Assembly: GCA_963706475.1 (NCBI GenBank)
Contig: CAVPLV010000001.1
Span: forward strand, 145,129 to 209,128
DNA length: 64,000 nucleotides
Source: an uncultured Actinomycetota bacterium
Lineage (GTDB): Bacteria; Actinomycetota; Actinomycetes; Propionibacteriales; Nocardioidaceae
Direction: 5' to 3'
The position numbers and the translations under genes are program-made. Below, one piece after another: positions 56,364 through 64,000 of the stretch. The first letter of the stretch is position 1; the number at the start of each line of letters is the position of its first letter. A model generated the notes under the pieces. That model saw nothing but the letters and a program-made list of their open reading frames with translations, had not been told where the DNA came from and ran no database searches.

Positions 56364-56867
56364 TCAGCTGGGGCGGGGGTAGCCGCGACGGACCGTCCGG
56401 TCCAGGATGCCGAGGGTGCCGCGCAGGGCGTTCTCGGAGATGACGGGGAAGATCCCCATCGCCTTCCAGTCGTCGTGGATGTCGGACCAGTCGTAGAACG
56501 AGGTGACGAGGGTGCCGTCCTCGCCCTCGGGCGCCGGCTCGAGGCGGTAGCCGTAGACATGGCCGATCTGCGGCCGCACCCGCCCGAGGATGGTCCAGGA
56601 GATCAGTGCGTCCTGCTCGAAGTCGCGGATGGTGACGGTGACGTCGTACCGGCCCATCTCGGGGAAGTCGTTGAGCGACTCCCGGTCCATCTTGATGGCG
56701 AACGTGTCGCCGGAGGCGGTGACGGGCTCGCCCTCGGCGTCCTGCAGCATCCCCGTCGCGTCGATGGCGACGTGCCCGTGCGGGTCGCAGAGCAGGGCGA
56801 AGATCTCGCTCGCGGGGGCGGCGATGGTTCGCTGGGTCTCGAGCCGGGTCGTGGTTGCGTCAGACAT
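56364..56867 (-). CDS. SRPBCC / polyketide cyclase-like protein
   Basis: RTIAAPASEIFALLCDP..H, ISWT, GHVYGYRLEP, VTSFYDWS. Confidence 0.82.
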   Translation of the reverse strand: MSDATTTRLETQRTIAAPASEIFALLCDPHGHVAIDATGMLQDAEGEPVTASGDTFAIKMDRESLNDFPEMGRYDVTVTIRDFEQDALISWTILGRVRPQIGHVYGYRLEPAPEGEDGTLVTSFYDWSDIHDDWKAMGIFPVISENALRGTLGILDRTVRRGYPRPS

Positions 56868-56934
56868 GCCCTGATCCTGACACGGGCCCGCAGCCCGCTC
56901 CGAGCGATGGCCAGATCGAGTATCGTGCTGCGAC

Positions 56935-58431
56935 ATGGGCGAGATCGTTCCGCGGTGGGAGTGGCGCACGTTCGCCCAGCGGGTGCCCGCCGCTGACGCT
57001 GTGTTCGACGCACTGACCCCGGTCTCCGTCGAGGAGAGCGACGACCTCTACCTGCTGGCCCCCGGTGGCGACAACGTCAAGGTCCGAGACGCGCTGATCG
57101 ACGTCAAGGTGCTGCTCGAGACCTCCCCGGACGGGCTCGAGTGCTGGACGCCGGTCCTGAAGTCACCGTTCCCGCTCGACGAGGAGGCGGTGCGGACGGC
57201 TTTCCGCAGCCTGCGCCAACAGTCGCCGGAGGTGCCTCCCAGCGGGCTGACCCTGGACGCGTTCATGGCCGCTGCGGGGGGCGTCCGGGAGGTGCTGGTC
57301 CGCAAACGGCGAGCGCGCTACGTCGTGGCCCGATGTCAGGCCGAGAGGTCGGACTTCGAGGTCGGGCAGCTGCGGACGTCATCGATCGCGGTGGAGTCGA
57401 CGGAGCCCGCGGACGTCCTGACGGCGATCGAGCTGCTCGGACTGCGGGACTATCGCAACGTCGACGTCACCACCGGGCTGCGGGTGCTCCTCCAGCGCGT
57501 GCCGGAGCGGTTCGGGGTCGTCGACGTCGGCACGAACTCGGTCAAGTTCCGCGTCGCCGAGCGTGCTGCCGACGGGCGCGCAGCAGAGCGGACCGTCGTC
57601 GACCGGGCCGTCGTGACCCGTCTCGGTGAGGGCCTGGAGGCGACCGGCGAGATCGGCGCCGAGCCGATGGCCCGCACGGTGCGGGCGATTCGCGAGATGG
57701 CCGAGGAGGCCAGTGCCCTCGACGTCCTGGCGATCGTGGCGGTGGGTACGGCCGGGATGCGGATCGCGCGGAACCGCGAGCAGGTCGTGGAGGCGGTCCG
57801 GGTCGGCTCGGGGCTGCGGCTCGAGGTCATCTCAGGCGAGGAGGAGGGCCGCCTCGCCTACCTGGCGGCCGCGGCCGGGGTCGGTATCGGCGAGGGCCCG
57901 GTCGTCGTGTTCGACACCGGCGGCGGCAGCTCGCAGTTCACCTTCGGCCACGGTCCGCGCGTCGACGACAGGTTCAGTGTCGACGTCGGCGCGGTGCGCT
58001 TCACCGAGCGATTCGGCCTGGCGGGTGTGGTCGACGCCGAGGTGATCGCCGAGGCGCGTGCCGCCATCGGGGCGGAGCTGTCCCGGCTGGACGGACGGGG
58101 CCGCCCGGACGGGGTGGTCGCGATGGGTGGCGCGGTCACGAACCTCGCCGCGGTGAAGCACGGCCTGACCACCTACGACCCCGACGTCGTCCAGGGCACG
58201 CGGCTGGACCGGGCCGAGATCGACCGCCAGATCGAGCGCTACCGCAACCTGGACGCCGACGGACGACGGACCATCCCCGGACTGCAGCCGGCACGTGCCG
58301 AGGTCATCCTCGCCGGCGCCTGCATCGTCCGGAGCATCCTCGACCGGCTCGACTGCGACGTGGTCACGGTCAGTGACCGGGGCCTGCGACACGGGGTGCT
58401 GCTCGAGCGGTTCGGCTCAGCCGGGACCTGA
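56935..58431 (+). CDS. Ppx/GppA exopolyphosphatase fused to an N-terminal CYTH-like domain
   Basis: C-terminal DVGTNSVK, GTAGMR, ISGEEEG, DTGGGSSQ, SDRGLRHG; N-terminal PRWEWRTF, DLYLL, NVKVRD, VRKRRARY, IAVES. Confidence 0.85.
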   Translation: MGEIVPRWEWRTFAQRVPAADAVFDALTPVSVEESDDLYLLAPGGDNVKVRDALIDVKVLLETSPDGLECWTPVLKSPFPLDEEAVRTAFRSLRQQSPEVPPSGLTLDAFMAAAGGVREVLVRKRRARYVVARCQAERSDFEVGQLRTSSIAVESTEPADVLTAIELLGLRDYRNVDVTTGLRVLLQRVPERFGVVDVGTNSVKFRVAERAADGRAAERTVVDRAVVTRLGEGLEATGEIGAEPMARTVRAIREMAEEASALDVLAIVAVGTAGMRIARNREQVVEAVRVGSGLRLEVISGEEEGRLAYLAAAAGVGIGEGPVVVFDTGGGSSQFTFGHGPRVDDRFSVDVGAVRFTERFGLAGVVDAEVIAEARAAIGAELSRLDGRGRPDGVVAMGGAVTNLAAVKHGLTTYDPDVVQGTRLDRAEIDRQIERYRNLDADGRRTIPGLQPARAEVILAGACIVRSILDRLDCDVVTVSDRGLRHGVLLERFGSAGT

Positions 58432-58525
58432 ACACCGGCCGGACTCGTCGGCCGGGTCCGTCCGCCAGCGGCATCCCCTGAATAGGGTGAGATCCACCTC
58501 TCCCGTACATCGGTAGGGTGCGCTC

Positions 58526-59584
58526 GTGACGCCGCCAGACCTGTCCATGCACGCGGACCTACCCTTCGACGAGAGGACGTTGCCGCCACCCGTCTCGACC
58601 GGTGACCTGCCGGACGCCGACGACGTGCGGATCGCCGTCGCGGAGGCCCACGAGCGATACCGCACCGATGGCTCGGGGGTCGTGGCCGACTACATCCCGG
58701 TGCTCGGCGACGCGTCCCCGGACCTGTTCGGCATCTGCGTCGTCGGGGCCCGCGGCGGGACCATCGGCATCGGGGACGTGGAGACGACGTTCTCCATCCA
58801 GAGCGTCTCCAAGCCGTTCGTCTTCGCCCTGGCTTGCGACCAGGTCGGGTACGACGCAGCCCGCGGCCAGCTCGGCGTCAACGGCACCGGCTTCCCGTTC
58901 GACTCCCTGATGGCCGTCGAGCTGAACACCGCACGCACCGTCAACCCGCTCGTCAACGCAGGTGCGATCGCGGCCACCAGCCTGATGGCCGGTGACACCG
59001 CCGACGAGAAGTGGGAGGTCGTCCGCGCCGGACTCTCCAGGTTCGCCGGCCGTGAGCTGACCATGAGCACGGAGGTCTACGAGTCGGAGTCCGCGACCAA
59101 CCTGCGCAACCGCGGGATCGCCCAGCTCCTGGAGAGCTACGGCCGGATGTACTTCGATGCAGGGGCGGCGACCGATGTGTACACCCGCCAGTGCTCGCTC
59201 GAGGTGACGGTGCACGACCTGGCGGTCATGGCGGCGACCCTGTCCAACGGCGGCACGAACCCGCTGACGGGCGTGCGCGTCGTCGCTCCGGGCGTGTGCC
59301 GCCGCGTGCTCGCCGTGATGGCGATCGCCGGGCTCTACGAGCTGTCGGGCGACTGGCTCTGGGAGATCGGTATGCCGGGCAAGAGTGGCGTCAGCGGTGG
59401 CGTGGTCACGGTCTCGCCCGGCAAGGGGGGCCTGGCGACGTACTCCCCGCCGCTCGATCCGGCCGGCAACAGCGTGCGCGGTCAGCTCGCGACCAAGTAC
59501 CTCGCCGAGCGCCTCGGCCTCAACCTCTTCGCCTCGAGCCCGCTCAGCTCGTGGGAGGCTGAAGGGGTACCGGCCACCACGTAG
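58526..59584 (+). CDS. glsA: Glutaminase A
   Basis: VADYIP, FSIQSVSKPF, NPLVNAGAI, YTRQCS, PGKSGVSGG, GNSVRG. Confidence 0.95.
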   Translation: MTPPDLSMHADLPFDERTLPPPVSTGDLPDADDVRIAVAEAHERYRTDGSGVVADYIPVLGDASPDLFGICVVGARGGTIGIGDVETTFSIQSVSKPFVFALACDQVGYDAARGQLGVNGTGFPFDSLMAVELNTARTVNPLVNAGAIAATSLMAGDTADEKWEVVRAGLSRFAGRELTMSTEVYESESATNLRNRGIAQLLESYGRMYFDAGAATDVYTRQCSLEVTVHDLAVMAATLSNGGTNPLTGVRVVAPGVCRRVLAVMAIAGLYELSGDWLWEIGMPGKSGVSGGVVTVSPGKGGLATYSPPLDPAGNSVRGQLATKYLAERLGLNLFASSPLSSWEAEGVPATT

Positions 59585-59593
59585 GCTGTCGTC

Positions 59594-60355
59594 ATGGTCG
59601 TGTTACTGATCGTGCTGGTGGCCCTGGTGGCGGGCATCGTGATCACTCAGCGCCGCAGCAAGCAGCGCGAGCTCGAGCGCAGGCGGACCGAGCTCGAGCC
59701 GGTGAAGAAGCTGGTGTTCGAGGACATCACCGCCCTCGGCGTCCAGCTGCAGGACCTCGATCTCGACCTGTCCGGACACGAGCTCGATCCCGGGGCGAAC
59801 GCCGACTACCAGCGCGCCCTCGACGCCTACGAGTCCGCGAAGTCAGCCGGCGACGCGCTCGCCCAGCCCGAGGACGTCCGCCACGTCACCGAGATCCTGG
59901 ACGACGGCCGCTACGCCATCGCGTGCGTGCGGGCCCGGGTAGCGGGCGAGTCGCTGCCGACCCGTCGGCCGCCGTGCTTCTTCGACCCCCGCCACGGGCT
60001 GTCGGTGATCGACGTCCCCTGGACCCCCGCGGGTGGGGCCACCCGCCAGGTGCCGGCCTGCGCCCTCGACGCCGAACGGGTCGACGCCGGCGCCGACCCC
60101 GACGCCCGGATGGTGATGTCGGGAGCCCAACGAGTGCCGTACTGGGAGGGCGGTCGTGCCTACGCGCCCTACGCGTCCGGCTACTTCGGTGCCTTCGGCC
60201 CGATGAACATCATGTTCGCCGGACTGATGTTCGGCAGCTTCGGTGGCTTCGAGGGGCTCGGTGACGGCATCGGTGCGATCGGTGACGGCATCGGCGACGG
60301 GATCGGGGACATCGGCGACGGCATCGGCGGCATGTTCGACGGGTTCGACTTCTGA
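59594..60355 (+). CDS. Membrane-anchored hypothetical protein with Cys/His motif and Gly/Asp-rich tail
   Basis: N-terminal TM, helical region, PCFFDPRHG...VPACALD, GDGIG repeats. Confidence 0.8.
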   Translation: MVVLLIVLVALVAGIVITQRRSKQRELERRRTELEPVKKLVFEDITALGVQLQDLDLDLSGHELDPGANADYQRALDAYESAKSAGDALAQPEDVRHVTEILDDGRYAIACVRARVAGESLPTRRPPCFFDPRHGLSVIDVPWTPAGGATRQVPACALDAERVDAGADPDARMVMSGAQRVPYWEGGRAYAPYASGYFGAFGPMNIMFAGLMFGSFGGFEGLGDGIGAIGDGIGDGIGDIGDGIGGMFDGFDF

Positions 60356-60372
60356 GGGATCGGCTGGTCGGC

Positions 60373-61137
60373 GTGCTCGCCACGATGCTGGTCGCTGGGA
60401 TGCTGGTGGCTGGGATGTCGGTGGCTCCCGCGTCGTACGCCGCGCCGACGCCGCTGCCCACCGGCACTGACGTCGACTACCAGCTCGGCGGCAACCGGCC
60501 TGCTCCTGCTCGGGTCGGGATCGTGGTGCGTGACCGTCTGGCTGCGCCGGCTCCCGGGCGCTACAACGTCTGCTACGTCAACGGCTTCCAGACCCAGCCC
60601 GGTGCGCGGGCGTTCTGGCGTCGGCACCCCGCGCTGGTGCTGCGAGAAGGCGGCCGACCGGTGCGGGACGACGCATGGAACGAGTGGCTCCTGGACCTGC
60701 GCACCCCAGCCAAGCGGACCCGGCTGGCCACGGTGATCGGCCGCTGGGTCGATCGCTGTGCCCGCGACGGCTTCGATGCCGTCGAGTACGACAACCTCGA
60801 CTCCTTCACCCGCAGCCACGGCCTGCTGGAGCGTCGGCACGCGGTGGCGTACGCGCGCCTGCTCGTCCGCCGTGCCCACGCGGCTGGTCTCGCGGCGGGG
60901 CAGAAGAACCTCTCCGGCTTCGACGGGACCCGGGTCGGCTACGACTTCGCGGTCGCCGAGGAGTGCGGGAGATACCGCGAGTGCCGCCGCTACGTGAGCC
61001 ACTACGGCAGGCGGGTGCTGGCCATCGAGTACCGCCACCGGGACTTCGGCCGTGCCTGCGCCCGGGTCGGGCGGCTGTTGCCGGTGGTGCTCCGCGATCG
61101 CGAGCTGAGCCCGTCCGGCGTACGCCACTGGTGCTGA
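60373..61137 (+). CDS. Secreted GH114 endo-alpha-1,4-polygalactosaminidase-like protein
   Basis: DYQLGG, CYVNGFQTQP, GFDAVEYDNLDS, GQKN, DFAVAEEC. Confidence 0.88.
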   Translation: MLATMLVAGMLVAGMSVAPASYAAPTPLPTGTDVDYQLGGNRPAPARVGIVVRDRLAAPAPGRYNVCYVNGFQTQPGARAFWRRHPALVLREGGRPVRDDAWNEWLLDLRTPAKRTRLATVIGRWVDRCARDGFDAVEYDNLDSFTRSHGLLERRHAVAYARLLVRRAHAAGLAAGQKNLSGFDGTRVGYDFAVAEECGRYRECRRYVSHYGRRVLAIEYRHRDFGRACARVGRLLPVVLRDRELSPSGVRHWC

Positions 61138-61152
61138 ACTAATCTCGGCGCC

Positions 61153-61950
61153 ATGTCCACCACGCGTGCCTCTGGGCTGCACACCACGACGATGGGGGAG
61201 CGGGGCCCCCTCGTGGCGTTCTGTCACGGACTGTTCGGCCAGGGCAAGAACTGGACCACGATCGCCAAGGCCGTGGCCGAGGACCACCGGGTGCTGCTCA
61301 TCGACATGCCCCACCACGGTCGATCGATGTGGGGCGACCACTTCGACTACGTCGACGTCGCCGACCAGGTCGCCGGGCTCTTCCGCACCGACGACCCGGT
61401 CGCGCTGGTCGGTCACTCGATGGGTGGCAAGGCCGCCATGGTGCTGGCACTGCGGCACCCCGCACTGGTGGAGCGGCTCTGCGTCGTCGACGTCTCACCG
61501 GTGGACTACGAGTCGCGCAGCGAGTTCGCCGGCTACATCGAGGCGATGCTCGGCCTCGACCTCGCCGGCATGGATCGTCGCAGCGAGGTCGACGAGGCGC
61601 TGGTCCCCGCCGTACCCAACCCGACGGTGCGAAGCTTCCTGCTCCAGAACCTCCGGCGCGTCGACGACGGCTGGTCCTGGCGACCCAACCTGGAGGTCCT
61701 CGGACGGGACCTGTCGTCGCTGGGCAGTTGGCCGGAGGCGGCGTTGGCCGGCACCGCGCCGTACGACGGGAAGACGCTGTGGGTCGCCGGGCAGACCTCC
61801 GACTACGTCGCCGAGGAGTACGTCGCCGCGATGGACCGCTGGTTCCCCCGCAACCGCCGGATCACGATCAAGGGCGCCGGGCACTGGGTCCACTCCGAGC
61901 AACCCGGGGTGTTCACCGAGGTGCTGCGCCGGTTCCTCGCCGCAGGCTGA
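61153..61950 (+). CDS. Alpha/beta hydrolase (YbfF-like esterase)
   Basis: HGLFGQGKNW, GHSMGGK, VDVSP, AGHWVHSEQP. Confidence 0.92.
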   Translation: MSTTRASGLHTTTMGERGPLVAFCHGLFGQGKNWTTIAKAVAEDHRVLLIDMPHHGRSMWGDHFDYVDVADQVAGLFRTDDPVALVGHSMGGKAAMVLALRHPALVERLCVVDVSPVDYESRSEFAGYIEAMLGLDLAGMDRRSEVDEALVPAVPNPTVRSFLLQNLRRVDDGWSWRPNLEVLGRDLSSLGSWPEAALAGTAPYDGKTLWVAGQTSDYVAEEYVAAMDRWFPRNRRITIKGAGHWVHSEQPGVFTEVLRRFLAAG

Positions 61951-61970
61951 GCCCGGCGGGGCGGCAGCGG

Positions 61971-62504
61971 TCAGCGGGCCTGGCGGGCGCGGTAGGCGGC
62001 GACTGCGTTGCGGTTGCCGCAGGTCGTCGAGCAGAAGCGACGGGAGCGGTTGCGCGACAGGTCGAGCACCACGCCGGAGCAGTCGTCGTCGGCACAGATC
62101 CCGAGTCGCGACATCTCGTCGACCCGGATCACGTCGACCATCGCCATCGCCGTCTCGACCAGCATCCGGGTCGGCAGGGCGCTGGTCGGCTCGACGGCGT
62201 GCAGGTGCCAGTCCCAGACGTCGTGACGCACCAGCTGCGGCACCGCGTCCGCCTCGGCGAGCATCGTGTTGACGATGCCGACCGCGGTGTCGCGGTCGGC
62301 GGTGAGCAGCTCGTAGAGCGCAGGTCGAATCGCCCGAACCGCGTCCAGCTCGGCTTGGTCGCCGTCGCGTCGGCCGGTGTACTCGCTCGCGGTGTAGAAC
62401 GCGTCGAGATCGTCCACGGTGACCAGGGTGTCGGGCGCGAGCCACGAGTTGGCCAGGATGACGGCGGACTGGAGCGAGACCTCGGTGTCATGAGCGAAGA
62501 TCAT
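61971..62504 (-). CDS. ABATE/CGNR zinc finger protein
   Basis: PQLVRHD..WHLH, CADDDC..DLSRNRSRRFCSTTCGNR..VAAYRAR. Confidence 0.93.
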   Translation of the reverse strand: MIFAHDTEVSLQSAVILANSWLAPDTLVTVDDLDAFYTASEYTGRRDGDQAELDAVRAIRPALYELLTADRDTAVGIVNTMLAEADAVPQLVRHDVWDWHLHAVEPTSALPTRMLVETAMAMVDVIRVDEMSRLGICADDDCSGVVLDLSRNRSRRFCSTTCGNRNAVAAYRARQAR

Positions 62505-62505
62505 G

Positions 62506-62540
62506 TTGACAGATTACACGAAGGTTCGTACTGTCATCAA
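62506..62540. promoter_or_regulatory. Overlapping divergent sigma70-type promoters with an inverted repeat
   Basis: + strand TTGACA(62506)-N17-TACTGT(62529); - strand TAATCT 6 nt before the CGNR ATG; TGACAG-N18-CTGTCA. Confidence 0.65.
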
Positions 62541-62542
62541 CC

Positions 62543-63502
62543 ATGAGCACTGTCGCGCATGACATCGACCGTCCGACCCAGCGCCGGTCACTCGGCCCCG
62601 GGTTGGCGCTCGCCGTCGTCTCCGCGACCTCGTTCGGGCTGTCCGGGGCCGTGGGCAAGGCCATGCTCGAGTCAGGCTGGAGTGCGGCCGCGACCGTCAC
62701 CGCACGGGTGCTGGTCGCCGCGCTGGTGCTGCTCCCCGCCGCGCTCCTCGCGCTGCGAGGTCATCGGCACCTGCTCCGGCGCAACGTCCCGGCGGTGCTG
62801 CTCTTCGGCACGGTCGCGGTCGCCGGCTGCCAGCTGTCCTACTTCAACGCCGTGGCCCACCTGCAGGTGGGGGTGGCGCTGCTGATCGAGTACACCGCCC
62901 CGGTCGTGGTGATCGCCTGGCTCTGGCTCCGGCGCGGACAGCGTCCGGGCCGACTGACCGTGCTCGGCACCGTGATCGCCGGTGTCGGGCTGGTCCTGGT
63001 CCTCGACCTGGTCTCCGGCGCCGACCTCAGCGGAGTCGGGGTCCTGTGGGCGCTCGGGGCGACCGCCGGAGTGTCGGTCTACTTCGTGATGTCCGGCGAC
63101 GTCGACGACGCGCTGCCGCCGGTCGTGCTCGCGTGTGGGGGACTGCTGGTCGGTGGGGTCGTGCTGCTGGTCCTGGGCGCCGTCGGGGTCCTGCCCCTGC
63201 AGGTTGCTGCCGAGTCCGTGACCTACCGGGGTACGTCGACGCCGTGGTGGCTCTCCATCCTGCTGCTGGGGGTCGTCACCGCCGCGCTCGCCTACGTCAC
63301 CGGCATCGCGGCGGCCCGGAGGTTGGGCTCACGACTCGCGTCGGTGGTCGGACTCACCGAGGTCCTGGCCGCCCTCGTCTTCGCCTGGCTGCTCCTGGCC
63401 GAGCTGCCCCGGCCGATCCAGATCGCCGGCGGCGTGCTGATCCTGGCCGGTGTGACGGCGGTGCGGATGGGGGAGGAGCCCGCCGAGGCATCCCGGTCCT
63501 GA
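62543..63502 (+). CDS. EamA/DMT family transporter
   Basis: About 10 TM segments; YFNAVAHLQVGVALLIEYTAP, RLGSRLAS..EVLAA. Confidence 0.92.
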   Translation: MSTVAHDIDRPTQRRSLGPGLALAVVSATSFGLSGAVGKAMLESGWSAAATVTARVLVAALVLLPAALLALRGHRHLLRRNVPAVLLFGTVAVAGCQLSYFNAVAHLQVGVALLIEYTAPVVVIAWLWLRRGQRPGRLTVLGTVIAGVGLVLVLDLVSGADLSGVGVLWALGATAGVSVYFVMSGDVDDALPPVVLACGGLLVGGVVLLVLGAVGVLPLQVAAESVTYRGTSTPWWLSILLLGVVTAALAYVTGIAAARRLGSRLASVVGLTEVLAALVFAWLLLAELPRPIQIAGGVLILAGVTAVRMGEEPAEASRS

Positions 63503-63512
63503 CCGGAGTCGG

Positions 63513-64000
63513 TCAGGTGATGCCGGCGCCGAGCGCGACCGCTCGGGCCCGGACCAGCGGGCCGAGGACGGCGAAGTGGGCCTCGTCCACCCGGCTCGCA
63601 GGACCCCACACGCTGAGCGCCCCGACCGTCGCGCCGGCGCTGTTGACCACGGAGCTGGAGACGCCCCACGCCGAGAGCTCGAACTCGCCGCGACACACGG
63701 CGTACCCCAGCTCCCTGGTCCGGCGCAGCTCGTCGGCGAACTGCGCCCCCGACACGATCGTGGTGGCGGTGTAGCGCTTCGGGTCGGCACCGACCAGTGC
63801 TCGGACCCGGGCGGCTGTGGCGCCGGCGAGCACCGCCTTCCCCGTCGAGGTCGCGTGCCAGGGAACGGTGCGACCCAACCAGGTCGCGGCCACCACCCTC
63901 GAGGGCGCGACCTCCTCCACGTAGGTCAGGCCCGACTCCCCGACCACGGCGAACGCGGCGGTCTCCCCGGTCTCCTCACTGAGGCGGGCCAGCACGGCCC
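63513..64000 (-). CDS. IclR family regulator, C-terminal part (5' end outside the window)
   Basis: LSEETGETA, PWHATSTGKAVLA, RELGYAV, VGALSVWGP. Confidence 0.88.
   Translation of the reverse strand, partial: AVLARLSEETGETAAFAVVGESGLTYVEEVAPSRVVAATWLGRTVPWHATSTGKAVLAGATAARVRALVGADPKRYTATTIVSGAQFADELRRTRELGYAVCRGEFELSAWGVSSSVVNSAGATVGALSVWGPASRVDEAHFAVLGPLVRARAVALGAGIT

Noticed and set aside
58471-58490. Imperfect palindrome catcccctgaatagggtgag upstream of glsA as an operator
   Set aside because: Single weak instance with no associated regulator in the window; insufficient support.

Overview
High-GC actinobacterial chromosome window, most consistent with a Nocardioides-like organism. It is mostly core genome: sodN/sodX, malic enzyme, kgd, tRNA-Arg(CCG), argS-lysA-hom-thrC-thrB-rho-rpmE-prfA-prmC-tsaC-wecA, the complete F1Fo atp operon, DUF2550, pduO, STAS, meaA/ecm, ferritin and nucS, interspersed with accessory metabolic genes. 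I see no prophage, transposase, integrase, CRISPR or defence cluster. The most notable unexplained structures are: (1) two intergenic mosaics (3320-3593 and 12101-12790) of one ~100-bp two-arm palindromic element whose outer ends are tandemly amplified as 25/27/29-bp units; (2) a leaderless 60-aa CC-x5-C-x2-CP basic protein under a near-consensus IdeR/DtxR box directly upstream of ferritin, a candidate Bfd-like iron-mobilisation partner; (3) a CYTH-like/Ppx-GppA fusion; (4) several readable operators (Crp boxes, a GTTACC-N4-AGT motif shared by meaA and a tandem hbd, and a CGNR/EamA inverted repeat). Frameshifts in rho, atpI/atpZ and the atpB start look like sequencing indels rather than biology. 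All functional calls come from motif recognition and synteny; no searches were run.
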